From Andalucia godoyi And28 (lineage: Eukaryota; Protista; Jakobida): a stretch of 64,000 nt of DNA. How positions within the stretch are numbered: position 1 is the stretch's first letter; the number at the start of each line of letters is the position of its first letter. The notes below the pieces were generated by a model that was not told where the DNA came from, searched no databases, and was given only the letters and a program-made list of their open reading frames with translations. This document shows, in pieces, positions 20,601 to 30,900 of this stretch. The stretch lies in contig VRVR01000015.1 of NCBI GenBank assembly GCA_009859145.1, positions 299,705 through 363,704 on the forward strand, in the 5' to 3' direction. Both the position numbers and the translations under genes were made by a program.

Positions 20601-23600
20601 AGATTGCAAGACGGACCAAAATATGTCGCGTTGCAGAGACAGCTCAGGTTTGCAAGGCAGATTCCACGGCCGGAGCACATCAGACCCGACACAGGGCTCA
20701 GTGGACACGTTTCGTTGCAAAACACACCAAAGAAATCCGGATGGCAGGCACATTCAAACGCTCCATTGTTCACTGTCGCGACGCAAACACCCCTGCCCGA
20801 GCAACTTTGGCCCGCATGGACAGGGCAGGTGTTATTACAGGCACTTCCAGCAAAGCCAGGCTGACATGCGCAGGTCCCGTACGTGGACAGCGAAGGATCC
20901 GAATTGTCACAATATCCATTACCGGAGCACATCTGTCCGTTGCTGCCCAAAACACACGTCTTGTTACAACCGACACCAAAGAAGCCGTCATTGCACACAC
21001 ACTTGCCTACAGTTGTATTGCAAAAGCCTGCAGACGAGCATGAAACATCACGGGTCCCGTTGAAGAAGGACCCGGGACACACAGATGAGCAAGAATCTCC
21101 GAATTCGACGCTGAGAGAACAAAGGGAGTTCGGACACGTTGTCCGGTTGATAAAACTGTCTGGGAACACAGAGCCTGCACACGGTTCAAAGTGCGATGAG
21201 CTTCCGAAGAAAGAAGTGTTTCCTCCGAGCAACTGAATACCGTTGAACGTCTGTCGATTGCCAATGTTGAGGGTTATCGATGCAATAGACGAAGCAGCGG
21301 AAACCTTGTTGAACAAGAACGAGCTTTGGATCGCAGACAGTATGGTGCCTTGGAAAGAAATCGCGCCACCAGCATGAACGGCAGACCGTGCGCTATTGTT
21401 GTAGAAAGAAGAGGTGTGCACACTCAGAGACGAATTGGTGGCACTCACAGCAATCGCACCGCCAACGCCCCCGATGTTTCCTTGGAACGAACTATTCGTT
21501 ACCGTTATGGCGCACGCCGTGTCCACAAAGACAGCGCCCCCTTGGCAAGACGCACAGAAGCCGGAAGTGGTTCCCGTAAAGGTGGTCGCTGAGAGAGCCA
21601 GGCTGCAGGCAGACGCAGGAAACTTCTGCGATCGTTGCACGTTCACCGCACCGCCATTCAAAGTAGAGCCGGTCGCCGAAAACGAGCAGCTGACAATGTC
21701 CGTCGAGATAACATCAAGAAGTGCAATGGAGCCCCCGCTGCCGATGGCTCCAGATTGAGAAAATGTATTCTTCTGAAGAGACAAGGCCACCGCGGAGGCA
21801 GCGAACAGATCTCCTGCTCCACTTCCAGCACCCGTGAGCTGCACAAAGTTCGCTTGCCATACATTGCCAGAGAAAATCAAAGGGCCGCTCGCTCCAGAGA
21901 TGAACACAGCGCCGCCTCGGTACTGGGCAGTATTGCCAGAGAAGAAAGAGTTCACTATCGATATGGCTGAAGAAGCATTCGTTATGTGAAGGCAGCCTCC
22001 GTACAGGGACCCGGCAGAGTTCTGCAAACAAGACACATTGTAAACGGACAGTGCTGCGGGAGACACTGCTGCGATTCCGCCTCCGTTGTCCGGAGAAAAG
22101 TTTGAAAGGAATGTTGAATTATCGATCCGGATCACCGAATTGTCCAAAACATAGACTGCACCGCCCTTGGCCACCGATCCGAAGCTAGAAATACCAAAGG
22201 AGAAGACGGTTTGATACATGAAATTGGAATCCACAATATTCAAAGTCGAGTTGAGCGATAACAGTAATGCACCTCCGAAGCCACGGCATCGATTCGAGTC
22301 AAAGGTTGATCCAATAATGGAGACTCTGCTGTTTCCATCGACAAAGAGGCCGCCTGCGACAGTAGCGGTTTCAGGAAGCGGGGCGTACATGTTGAATTCC
22401 ACAACGCAGCGATGGACCTGCAGCACGGACCACCCGGAAAATGACGCACCGGACCCTCTGTCCGGCGCGCTGTTGACGGATAAGACTGAGTCCGATAAGG
22501 TGACGTTGACTGGAACGTATGTTGCAATGCCACCGCCCATTCCAATCTTCGGCACGATATTGTAAGTTACCGCGTTGTAATAGAAACCCGAGCCGTTTGT
22601 TACCAGAAGCGTCGGCCACAGTGCATCAGAAGCGTTGTACGGTGCTGGGGAGTATGGAGAATATCCAGACTGACTGAGAATAGCAGAATTCACGACGGCG
22701 AGTCCTCCACCGCCAAGGAACGCAGAGTTTCGGGAAAAGTTGGCATTCGAGAAGAGCGCCACATTGAATCCAGTACCCGCGATCAGCACGGCGCCTCCAT
22801 AGCCCCCGGTTGCGACATTTAATCGAAACAAACACGACGTAACGCTGAGCTGATAGACCCCTCCACTTCCTGTATTCGTGATAGGATCATCCGGATACCG
22901 AAATGCCAGTGCGCCGCCGCCAAACACAGCGACATTGGAGACGAACGTCGACGATGATATTTGCACAACGCTGCTGCGAGACTGCACGGCACCTCCGCTT
23001 CCCTTTGCAGCCTGCACCCATGTTGCGCGGTTATCCTCAAAGTAAGAATCATCGATTCGGAGCAGCGACGCTCCGGAGCCTGTGTAGACGGCGCCGCCCC
23101 CCAGCGCAACATTGGACCGAAATGACGAAGAGAAGATCCCAAGTGCTCCATCGCTCACAGAAAAGTCAATTGCGCCGCCATTGGACCCTGAAGAGTTATT
23201 CTTCAAGAAGAAGCACTTGCTGACAGCGACATTTGTGCTTCCCGATGCGAAGATCGCCGAGTCCATGCAGTTGCGAAACGTGATTCCAACAAACGAGACG
23301 TTGATCTGGGTTGCTGGATTTGTGGACAGGATCGAAACAGCATGGATCGGAAGAAACCCGCAGTCTAGAATCGCGGTTCCGAGCACGGGATTCGCCGATA
23401 CCTCATTTTTCACCAAGACTGACTTCCCATTCAGAATATTCGTTTTGGTCAACATCACCGACCCCGTTTCCGTGATAAGGATGGTATCCCCATTCGCTGT
23501 GGCCGTGAATGCAGCAGCCAGCGAAGCTTCGTTCGTGACAACATACTGTGCCGCATAGCTGACTGCCACACACGCACACATCCAGAGCAGCAAAGCGAGC

Positions 23601-23623
23601 CGCGTCATCCTCTTGCTCGTCAT
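17648..23623 (-). CDS. Giant multi-pass receptor-like protein: signal peptide, right-handed beta-helix (POMP/pectin-lyase-like NxA..GGA repeats), about 7 EGF-like repeats, about 7-TM module, Ser/Pro-rich tail
   Basis: Many N-x-A..GGA(I/V) motifs; CSGRGxC...CxCxxGFxGxxC repeats at about 20180-21050; hydrophobic helices at about 18760-20090. ATG at 23623. Confidence 0.87.
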   Translation of the reverse strand: MTSKRMTRLALLLWMCACVAVSYAAQYVVTNEASLAAAFTATANGDTILITETGSVMLTKTNILNGKSVLVKNEVSANPVLGTAILDCGFLPIHAVSILSTNPATQINVSFVGITFRNCMDSAIFASGSTNVAVSKCFFLKNNSSGSNGGAIDFSVSDGALGIFSSSFRSNVALGGGAVYTGSGASLLRIDDSYFEDNRATWVQAAKGSGGAVQSRSSVVQISSSTFVSNVAVFGGGALAFRYPDDPITNTGSGGVYQLSVTSCLFRLNVATGGYGGAVLIAGTGFNVALFSNANFSRNSAFLGGGGLAVVNSAILSQSGYSPYSPAPYNASDALWPTLLVTNGSGFYYNAVTYNIVPKIGMGGGIATYVPVNVTLSDSVLSVNSAPDRGSGASFSGWSVLQVHRCVVEFNMYAPLPETATVAGGLFVDGNSRVSIIGSTFDSNRCRGFGGALLLSLNSTLNIVDSNFMYQTVFSFGISSFGSVAKGGAVYVLDNSVIRIDNSTFLSNFSPDNGGGIAAVSPAALSVYNVSCLQNSAGSLYGGCLHITNASSAISIVNSFFSGNTAQYRGGAVFISGASGPLIFSGNVWQANFVQLTGAGSGAGDLFAASAVALSLQKNTFSQSGAIGSGGSIALLDVISTDIVSCSFSATGSTLNGGAVNVQRSQKFPASACSLALSATTFTGTTSGFCASCQGGAVFVDTACAITVTNSSFQGNIGGVGGAIAVSATNSSLSVHTSSFYNNSARSAVHAGGAISFQGTILSAIQSSFLFNKVSAASSIASITLNIGNRQTFNGIQLLGGNTSFFGSSSHFEPCAGSVFPDSFINRTTCPNSLCSLSVEFGDSCSSVCPGSFFNGTRDVSCSSAGFCNTTVGKCVCNDGFFGVGCNKTCVLGSNGQMCSGNGYCDNSDPSLSTYGTCACQPGFAGSACNNTCPVHAGQSCSGRGVCVATVNNGAFECACHPDFFGVFCNETCPLSPVSGLMCSGRGICLANLSCLCNATYFGPSCNLQCPTAGCGAGGYCNESTGGQCFCPSPQFASPSATNCSACAADYYPFGECNVFCNSTASCSGRGSCDTNGSCICDVSWTGSHCNVSTLVDNSTNANGTLPSNSSLPASCDVYANCSGHGTCLSNGSCLCDSPWMGLYCNMSGFGNSTNITVPSNASLPEISVPDIPKDVVNPGTGDIAGGAKYAAGTASVASAASGGGAQVLFALWMIERIIRVSQLNANFPLWYVETMHSMGLEVRSLIPFLPQSIPVDMDIQTEDPDIFTDTVLQNYADVVYSSYTDGFRACVEDGANGVVWTFVLAAAVCIVGYAVWALILRKFKLPLNVAETYLYSFVSLFLWGCLLSPLYSISVMTAVQFTNSSFGYQTSAAISFVLYSLGMSAFIALFLHLWMQWIVRYKKSLLLDHEPERSAGFREQKSSADGGDVKPFMLQVRKTLTKIPKSGTEAKRSRGNADDAHDNDHDHDGDGDGDENDVFQAHAFGRPARLLFCLGYCICSALTERAIYFISIQLFRMVVDSVIVAMLQPNPVAQIVLCLAVQLVMSGLMVWMKPFDKKNELVVAWIADVSDVLQLLTVGAIHGSDDASTKDGLATFLYYLQFITILLIMVFMLIEAISDARRILIKVARYMKRQRSKSPALVVKPVVNDNSSHRAIDDGSGLKTSTKSYQQVTNFPKRIHGDLPPLDLQSLRTPSPNSTSFSTPRSECEALDDNFLKACTQISLLPTRAGLTTSQKLSILRSWWYTLGQRPGMESIANEALEPRTSSATGFYGSSLSIHGSRLSLHSTTSSVHSTASSSHSYSSISSRRRLSPVVEHSENISAMSSSSPSPQPAVPMNPLVDLQPLLGPTTPVAPTSGSTEDQAMRRQFILADLIRQRYSAILRKSPSVSLASSPRRIAQSPFQQTRSQSSFSGSLNSGQLPPLNPAQTLLSPFFSTEVLLTPPPDSLSRTNSSHSTVFSVSTVSSTPRIRNISVTPSSDSKDGSSPRAV

Positions 23624-23899
23624 CAAATACAGTCTGCCTTACCTCTGCATTTGTACATTCAAGCACAGCGCGACCGCATAAGATGTCCCTGGTGAAAAAT
23701 CAAGTAATGGAGAAAAAAGAAGATGAGAACAAATAAATACTGCGTTTCGAGATGGAAAAGGAAAAGGCAGAGGAAGAGGAAAAAAAGAAAAGACCTCGAT
23801 TCAATTTTTACAAAACCTGGAAAGTTGCTTGGGGATGTTGCGGCAAAAGGACATCTCTTCATCATCGCCACCCCCAAGCCCTTTGGAATTCCTGATTCC

Positions 23900-25004
23900 T
23901 TCCCTACTCATCGGGAGTGTTCCGACTCTGCTCCGACACTGCAGCTTTCCATTTCTGTCAGCAGTCTAAAAATGGCAAGTGGCCCGTCTTGAAATTTCCA
24001 TTCGGGGCAACCGTGCATCAAACCTCAGCCGATGCATCCCGGTTGAGGCGTCGGCAACCGTCGACTTCAAATGCCCGCACAAGTCCTCCCTATTGTGTGG
24101 GTCAGCATGGAGTGCTGCGAAAATGCTGAAAGCTCGTTATCAGCTGTGCGCCCGAATCGTGTGTCCTTGTAACTGTTTTTCTTTCCCCATTGGATGATCA
24201 ATGACGACACAGACTATACAAGATAAAAGTGTGAATAATATCGGTTCATCCGTTCTGAAATCCATGTCCTGGCAAGTTTCTGAAAACTTGAAGGACTGTG
24301 TGCGCACCGGGCCCGAAATTGCGTCGGATGCCTCGGCGGGCAAAAAGCGCATCGATGTTGCAGGCGCAGGCGCTATTTCTGCTCCAATAGTGGTCTCAGC
24401 TGTGTTGTTAGTTGCCTGGTTCACAGCAGGAGGAGTTGCTGCCGGATCCGCAGCTGCCTGTGTTCAATCGGCAGTTTCCGGCCCGTATACTAGTGGCATT
24501 GTTTTTCCTTTTCCTTTCTTTTCCTTTCTTTTGCAAAGCGTTGGAGCCACAGGGCTTAGATTCACGAGAACAGTAGGATCAAGCATGACTGGGGGTTTCT
24601 GTTCAGGCAATGCCCACTGGACTGCATCCAAGATGAGCCGTGAGAAGATCAGCCTTGCTTGTTCTCCCACAGCATCACAGACGCCTACCCGCTACTGGAT
24701 TTCTTCGATGCTTCACAGTTCACGTCTGTAATCCTAGTATGTCTTGACATTACATTGCATTCGACCAACCTGTTGAAACAAGCTCGATACCTTATCATGC
24801 GTTTCCTGTTCTGCGAACCGAGAGTAAACATTTCTCATGGCACATACGGCGAATCCACTCTAGAAGACAGGAGACAAGTGGGATGTCTTTCAGAACCGAG
24901 CTATCGTGTTAGCATCATGAAGTTGAACAAGGGGTTCGACAGGAATCACGGGGGAAGCTGTTGCTTCTGCTTTCGCCGATTTACTTTTTCTTGTGATTGG
25001 ACAT
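23900..25004 (-). pseudogene. Decayed gene-like block with frameshifts and in-frame stops, product unknown
   Basis: ATG 25004 MSNHKK/SKSAKAEATASPV needs a shift at the A5 run 24985-24989. ORFs 24464..24670 and 24140..24424 are in one frame, separated by a single TGA (PETAD*TQAAADPAA). Confidence 0.45.
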
Positions 25005-25386
25005 ATCGCTCTTTTGCAGCAGTCCCTCTATTTTCTTCGGAAGGATCCGTGGTTCCCCTATGTTATTTGAGGTAGAAGAAATAAACCAAAAATAAATTAA
25101 ATAATAATAACAATTAAATAAATATATATTAAAAAACCATAATATAAAAATAAAATTCAATGAACCAAAAAAAGAAAAGAGAAACTCAGGAAAGTGCGAA
25201 AAGCTCGGAAATTCCACAATGTGAATCCGAGAATTCCGTAACTCTTACGAGTCTTTCGAATCTGCATCCTTCTTCTTCTTCTTCTTCTCTTTTTCTTCTT
25301 CTTCTTCTTCTTCTTCTTCGTCGTCGTCGTCGTCTTTTTTTAATTATAAACACCATTGTGAGTAGGACTTTTTGTTATTGAGAAAG

Positions 25387-26592
25387 ATGCCTCCAAAGAC
25401 AGCTTCTTCGAGCGGCGGACCGGCTGGTGGAGTTCGGTTTGGACGAGTGAAGAATACGCTGAAGATGGGTATTGTAGGGCTGCCGAATGTTGGTAAGTCG
25501 TCTCTGTTTAATCTGCTGACGCGAACATCGCTTGCGGCAGCTGAGAATTTTCCGTTCTGCACGATTGAGCCGAACGAAGCGCGGTGTCCTGTGCCCGATG
25601 CGCGGTATGAGCATTTGTGCTCGCTGTGGCAGCCTGTGACTCGATACCCTGCATTCTTGCAAGTGTGGGACATCGCGGGTCTGATCCGAGGAGCATCTAC
25701 GGGTGCTGGACTTGGCAATGCGTTTCTTTCTCACATTGGAGCGGTGGATGGGATCTTTCATATGGTCCGAGCGTTTGATGCGCCGTCTGTGATTCATGTG
25801 GAGGAGTGTGTGGACCCCGTGCGCGATCTCGAGACGATAACCCATGAGCTGTGCCAGAAGGATTTGGCAGTGCTTTCGGCTGCAGAGGAGCGAGAGAAGC
25901 GAGATGTGCGCAAGTCATCGAGCGAGGGAATGAAGCTGTCGGGATTGTTTATCGCAACGATGGCCAAGGTGCGATCGATGCTGGAGGGTGACCGGCCTGT
26001 CAAGGACGGCGAGTGGACCGTGCCCGAGATTGAGCTCATCAAGGACAAGCTTCCAGATCTCGTCACGACGAAGCCCCAAGTTTATCTGGTGAATCTGTCG
26101 CGCGACGAGTATATACGCAAGCGGTCCAAGTGGCTCAAGCCGATTGCCGAGTGGGTTGCGGCGCATGGTGGAGGCGCAGTCATTCCGGTCTCTGTCGAGT
26201 GGGAGGAAGAGTATGCTGCTCTCGGCGACTCGGAGCAGGCGCAGGCCGAGATGTGTGCGAGAGACGGAAACGGAGTCAAGAGCGCTCTTCCGCGGATCAT
26301 CACGGAAGGATTTCGGTGTCTCGATCTCATCTTTTTCATTACGGCGGGAGAAAAGGAGGTTCGATGCTGGACCGTTGCACAGGGCTGTGCGGCACCGCAG
26401 GCAGCCGGCGTCATCCACTCGGACTTTGAAAAGAACTTTATCAAGGCCGAGGTCGTTGCGTACGAGGACTTTAAGACTCTTCAGAAGTCAAAGGGTATGG
26501 CAGATGTCAAGGCCGCTGGTAAATACCGACAGGAAGGACGCACGTATATTGTCCAGGACGGCGATATCATTCATTTCCAATGCGGCAGATAG
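25387..26592 (+). CDS. OLA1: Obg-like ATPase 1 (OLA1/YchF)
   Basis: GIVGLPNVGKS, NFPFCTIEPN, DIAGLIRGASTGAGLGNAFLSHI, TGS domain APQAAGVIHSDFEKNFI, YIVQDGDII. Confidence 0.97.
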   Translation: MPPKTASSSGGPAGGVRFGRVKNTLKMGIVGLPNVGKSSLFNLLTRTSLAAAENFPFCTIEPNEARCPVPDARYEHLCSLWQPVTRYPAFLQVWDIAGLIRGASTGAGLGNAFLSHIGAVDGIFHMVRAFDAPSVIHVEECVDPVRDLETITHELCQKDLAVLSAAEEREKRDVRKSSSEGMKLSGLFIATMAKVRSMLEGDRPVKDGEWTVPEIELIKDKLPDLVTTKPQVYLVNLSRDEYIRKRSKWLKPIAEWVAAHGGGAVIPVSVEWEEEYAALGDSEQAQAEMCARDGNGVKSALPRIITEGFRCLDLIFFITAGEKEVRCWTVAQGCAAPQAAGVIHSDFEKNFIKAEVVAYEDFKTLQKSKGMADVKAAGKYRQEGRTYIVQDGDIIHFQCGR

Positions 26593-26620
26593 GTATTCAG
26601 TCCCCAATTCCATTACTCTT

Positions 26621-26677
26621 GTCTGTGTGTCTGTGTGTCTGTGTGTCTGTGTGTCTGTGTGTCTGTGTGTCTGTGTC
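26621..26677. repeat. (CTGTGTGT)n 8-mer minisatellite, about 7 units, just 3' of OLA1
   Basis: Directly visible tandem repeat. Confidence 0.9.
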
Positions 26678-27209
26678 TCACACCGCGTGTCAGCACTCAA
26701 ACCGCAATCTTTTAATTTAAAATAAATGAATAATAACAATAGTAACGATAATAAGAGGAACGATAAGGATAATGATAAAAAGAACTGTAGTGGCGATTCT
26801 CCAAATCAGGCAAGGCGTGATGGGCGTGATGGGAAAAGCGACTTCCAGTTTCCCCCGCCTCTGTTGCTGAGACAACTTCCCTCCAAATTCGAAGTCAGAT
26901 TCCGATTTCGACTCTCTTTTCTCGCGTCACGGAATCCAAAGATTTCCCAAAACCTTCAAATGACCAACTCGTCGAATCCGTTTCATTCGTCTCCTTTATT
27001 ATTTTTTATTTTAAAGTTCAGTTATTATTTTATTTAAAAAAAAAATTCATTTCAGGTTTTTTTCCCCTTCTCTCTCTTTCTCTTTCTCTTTCTCTTTCTC
27101 ACACGTTCTTGCTCAACATCATTGCTACTTGAAGGCCTTGGAATTTTTTTTTTTAAGTTTTTAAAATTTCAGATTTTGGTGCCGTGGGGGGGAAGTACTT
27201 GAGAGAGAA

Positions 27210-27815
27210 ATGGATCCTTCTGAATCGCACCTGTGGAACACGCGGTCGATCCAGGTTGCGCATGCATGGCACACGCTTCCTTCGAACTTTGATCCTGAAA
27301 AGGCAACGTTCAATGCTGTGATTGAGATTCCAAAGGGGTCCAAGGTGAAGTACGAGTACGACAAGACGACGGGGTTGTTGTTTGTGGACCGCATTTTGTA
27401 CTCGTCGGTGGTGTATCCTGCAAACTACGGGTTCATTCCGGGAACGTATGCCGAGGACCATGATCCGCTGGACGTGATTGTGCTTGGGCAGGAGTCGGTG
27501 GTTCCGAACTGCTATTTGCGAGCGCGCGCGATTGGAATCATTCATATGATCGACCAGGGAGAACTGGACCACAAGATCGTTGCAGTGCACCGCGACGACC
27601 CGGAGTTCCGCGATTACACGGACATTTCACAGCTTCCAAAGCACAGAATCGCAGAAATCGCAGGGTTCTTCAGAGACTACAAGAAGCTGGAGAAAAAGGA
27701 AGTCACTGTCACCGACGATTTTGGTTCGCCTGCAGACGCCAAGGTCCTCATCCAAGAATGCATCGCGCGATACACCACCCGTCGAGCTTCTCTTATGCTG
27801 AACGGAGGCCAATAG
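27210..27815 (+). CDS. PPA: Soluble family I inorganic pyrophosphatase (short, plant-cytosolic/prokaryotic-type)
   Basis: [59 protein letters not shown]. Confidence 0.96.
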   Translation: MDPSESHLWNTRSIQVAHAWHTLPSNFDPEKATFNAVIEIPKGSKVKYEYDKTTGLLFVDRILYSSVVYPANYGFIPGTYAEDHDPLDVIVLGQESVVPNCYLRARAIGIIHMIDQGELDHKIVAVHRDDPEFRDYTDISQLPKHRIAEIAGFFRDYKKLEKKEVTVTDDFGSPADAKVLIQECIARYTTRRASLMLNGGQ

Positions 27816-27966
27816 ACGACGCACAGAGCCCTCCAAATGTCTGGGACGTTCGTTTTGTTCTTGTTCTTGTTCTTGTTCCTGTTCTTGGAGAACACAGCAA
27901 ATAAAAAGCTCCTCCTTTTTCCCTTTACATTACCCCTTGTGATGCTCTAAGCACCAGCATCAATTA

Positions 27967-30900
27967 TCAAGCTGCGGCGGTGTTTGCGGGATCGAGCCAG
28001 ACAAGAGTACCGTCGATGGAATCTGGAATCGCAGAATACGCAGTGAGGACAAACGGCCGCTCCATGCCAGCATCAAACGTCGATGGCACAATGGTGTACT
28101 GACCAGGTTCCAAGGTGAGCTCGGCGGACACTTCACGCATGTTGGAGTACGTGGTCGCGTGAATCAACGTGCTCTTTGTGGCCTTGGCGCACCGCAGTCC
28201 GTTCTTGTTAAACACCATGAAGCCCATGTGATAGAAGCTAGAGGCATCCACAACATCCAGAACCTGCGCAAGGAGGATGTACACCGTGGTCGGCTTGGTG
28301 ACTTTGAGCAAATACTGCGGATTCTTCGTAAACTTCGCAGCATTGTTCACAGAGCCTCCTGCGGTTTCTCCTTTCCACTCTCCCAATGCTTCCGCCTTCT
28401 TCCACGTCTTCGGAACGACCCTGCAGAGATAGAGAGTGGGGAAGTTTTCAATAAACGCTTCGAACGACATGTAGAACGCACCATCATCGGCAACACCGGG
28501 CGCCATCGGTCCCAGCTTCGCTCGCAAACGCGGGGTCCACAATGGAGAGTCATCGCAATAATCTCCCGTCCATTCGCCTTGGCCCCACGGATTTCGGAGC
28601 CGCACAAGACGGATATCGTCGATCTCCACCACATTCAAGATGGCATACGCATGACCTTGCACAATCCCCTCGGAACTGGAATCCGTATCCTTACCGGCAC
28701 TCGAGCCTGCGCCCATCAGGAATCCAGACTCAAAGGCCGTGAGCATCTTTTGCCACAGTCGTTCGCTTGTCTTTGTGGATTCTGGGATACCACCAGTCAA
28801 GGAGGTTAATCCTGTGTGAACAAACCCGCCTTCAATTCCAGAATAGGATCCACCTCCGAACCGCTTTGCAAACGCCTTTTCCACAATGGCGGGCCACAAC
28901 TCACCTTCGTGAACAGACTGCGCAAACGCTGGACCAGATCGATTGTCGTCGTATGGAAGGAAGTCGTCCACCATCACAGATTCCTGTCGACCATTCACAA
29001 ACAGCTTGACAGAATAAACACCTGCAATCACGCAATCCTTCAGCGAGCCGCCAACGGGCTTCAGGAACATGTCTTCGATGCGCGTGCGATCCATGGCCAC
29101 CACAGTCATTGCAGACAGAAGCCAGCAGTCACCAAGCGAGCCTTGTGCAACCGAAGAATCTGTATTCTGAGCCTTGATGACATCGGCATTTGCACGCTGT
29201 TCAGCATTCATTCGGCCCCAAACAAAACCAGATTTTCCAATTGCCTGCGCGTCGCGATCGCTGAACACTTTGTCCTTGAAAAGCGTCCGATTGGATTTCG
29301 AAGACTGGACAGCTTCCGTCAGCCGAATCACATCCGGATCTGCACTACTCAAACTCGATCGGTTCTTTTCAGTTTCCGCTTTTCGGCGACGCTCCTCCTC
29401 CTCCTTCTCCTTCTTCTTCTTCGCTTCTTCTTCTGCCTTCCTCTGAGCAGCTTTCTCTTCCTCTTCCTGCTTCCGTTTGACAGCTTCCTGTCGCTTCCGC
29501 TCGATTTCACGTCGCCTCTCGTTTTCTGCATTCTTTCGGCGTCTCTCCTCTTCTTCTTCGTCGGCGTCCGTAGCGTCACGTTCCAGTTGGTCGCGTCGTT
29601 TTCTTTCCGCTTCCCTACGTCGTTCCTCCTCTTCTTCCTCCTCCTGCTCTTTCTGGAGACGCAGACGCTCAATTTCTTCACGCTTCCGTTGTTCTTCATT
29701 CTGCAAACGGATTCTTTCCAACTCCTCGCGCTTCCTCTGCTCCTCTTCTAATCGCCGCTTATTACCTTCTTCCTCTTCTTCCAGTCGTCGACGTTCTTCT
29801 TCTTGTAGTCGAAGTCGGATGGCGTCATCCTCGCTCCTGCGCCTGTTTTCTTCGTCTTTTCTCTTCTTCTCATCCTCCAGTAACCGCTGACGGCGGACTC
29901 GTTCTGCTTCTTCGTCTTCCTTCTGTTTGCGCTCGTCCTCACGTTTTTGCTCAGACTTCTTTTCGAGATACAACTTGTAGTCCTTCTGCACCGCCATCCG
30001 ATCCTCGTTCTTGATGCTCGGGAGGGACTGCTTTTGCAGGATCTCATACAGGATGATCTGATCCCGAAGTTCGACAGGAACCATAGCAATTTGCTCCAAA
30101 TCCACGGGCAACGGGGTGACACGAGGATTTGCAGGCGTTGCAGGACCGGGATCATGCGCAGAAATGGATGCAGTGGGCAGAGGACTGGCAGGCAGGCCTT
30201 GACTGCCCGAAGACGCCGCCCCACCAGCTCCAGTCACACCTCCTGTGGCTCCACCATCTCCAGGGCCCTTCTTGTTGAGGTTGCCACTTAGGAAAACATC
30301 GCGCTGTTTGTAAAGACTCTGCAGGCGCTCCGCAATAAACTGACTCCAGCGCGCTTCGTCAGCCTTCATAATGGACTGGCCGGTCAGCCAGACAAACATT
30401 TCCACCAAAGCGAAGTACTTCAAGAAGCGAATAGCAGCGTGCCGGACTTCAGCATCCGCTTTGAAAACCTCCGTGCACAGTGCAGCCACATTACACTCCG
30501 ACTTGTATTTCTTGGCGATCTCCTCACTCTCCTTCAGTTCAACGTGCGGCATCTTTTCTTCGATGCGCATCAGCGTGACTTCCGGATACGGAGATGTCGC
30601 CTCAGACCCCTCGGCTGCATCATACTGTTTAACAGCAAGTTCTAATGACAAGTCGTAAAAGACGCGGTCAATCAGCAAATGGTCATGCGCCGAATGCTCC
30701 GGGGCAGATGCTGGGCCGTCTTCAATCATCTTTGCAGAAATCAAGGCATTAAAGTATCGATTACGTGCGGAGTTAATGCAGGCCTTGATGACGGGTTCCG
30801 GGCAGTACGGAGACACAAGATGCAGCTGGTGGCGGACAAACCTGGAAAACCAGACGGTGCAGACAAACAGACAGAGAAGAGCGAAAGACGAAACGTCCAT

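Noticed and set aside
7941-25004. Euplotes-like programmed +1 frameshifting as a genome-wide rule (AGA TAA at 7941, AAG TAA at 24981)
   Set aside because: All conserved genes are uninterrupted, the shifts go in both directions, and point stops occur. Decay is more parsimonious.
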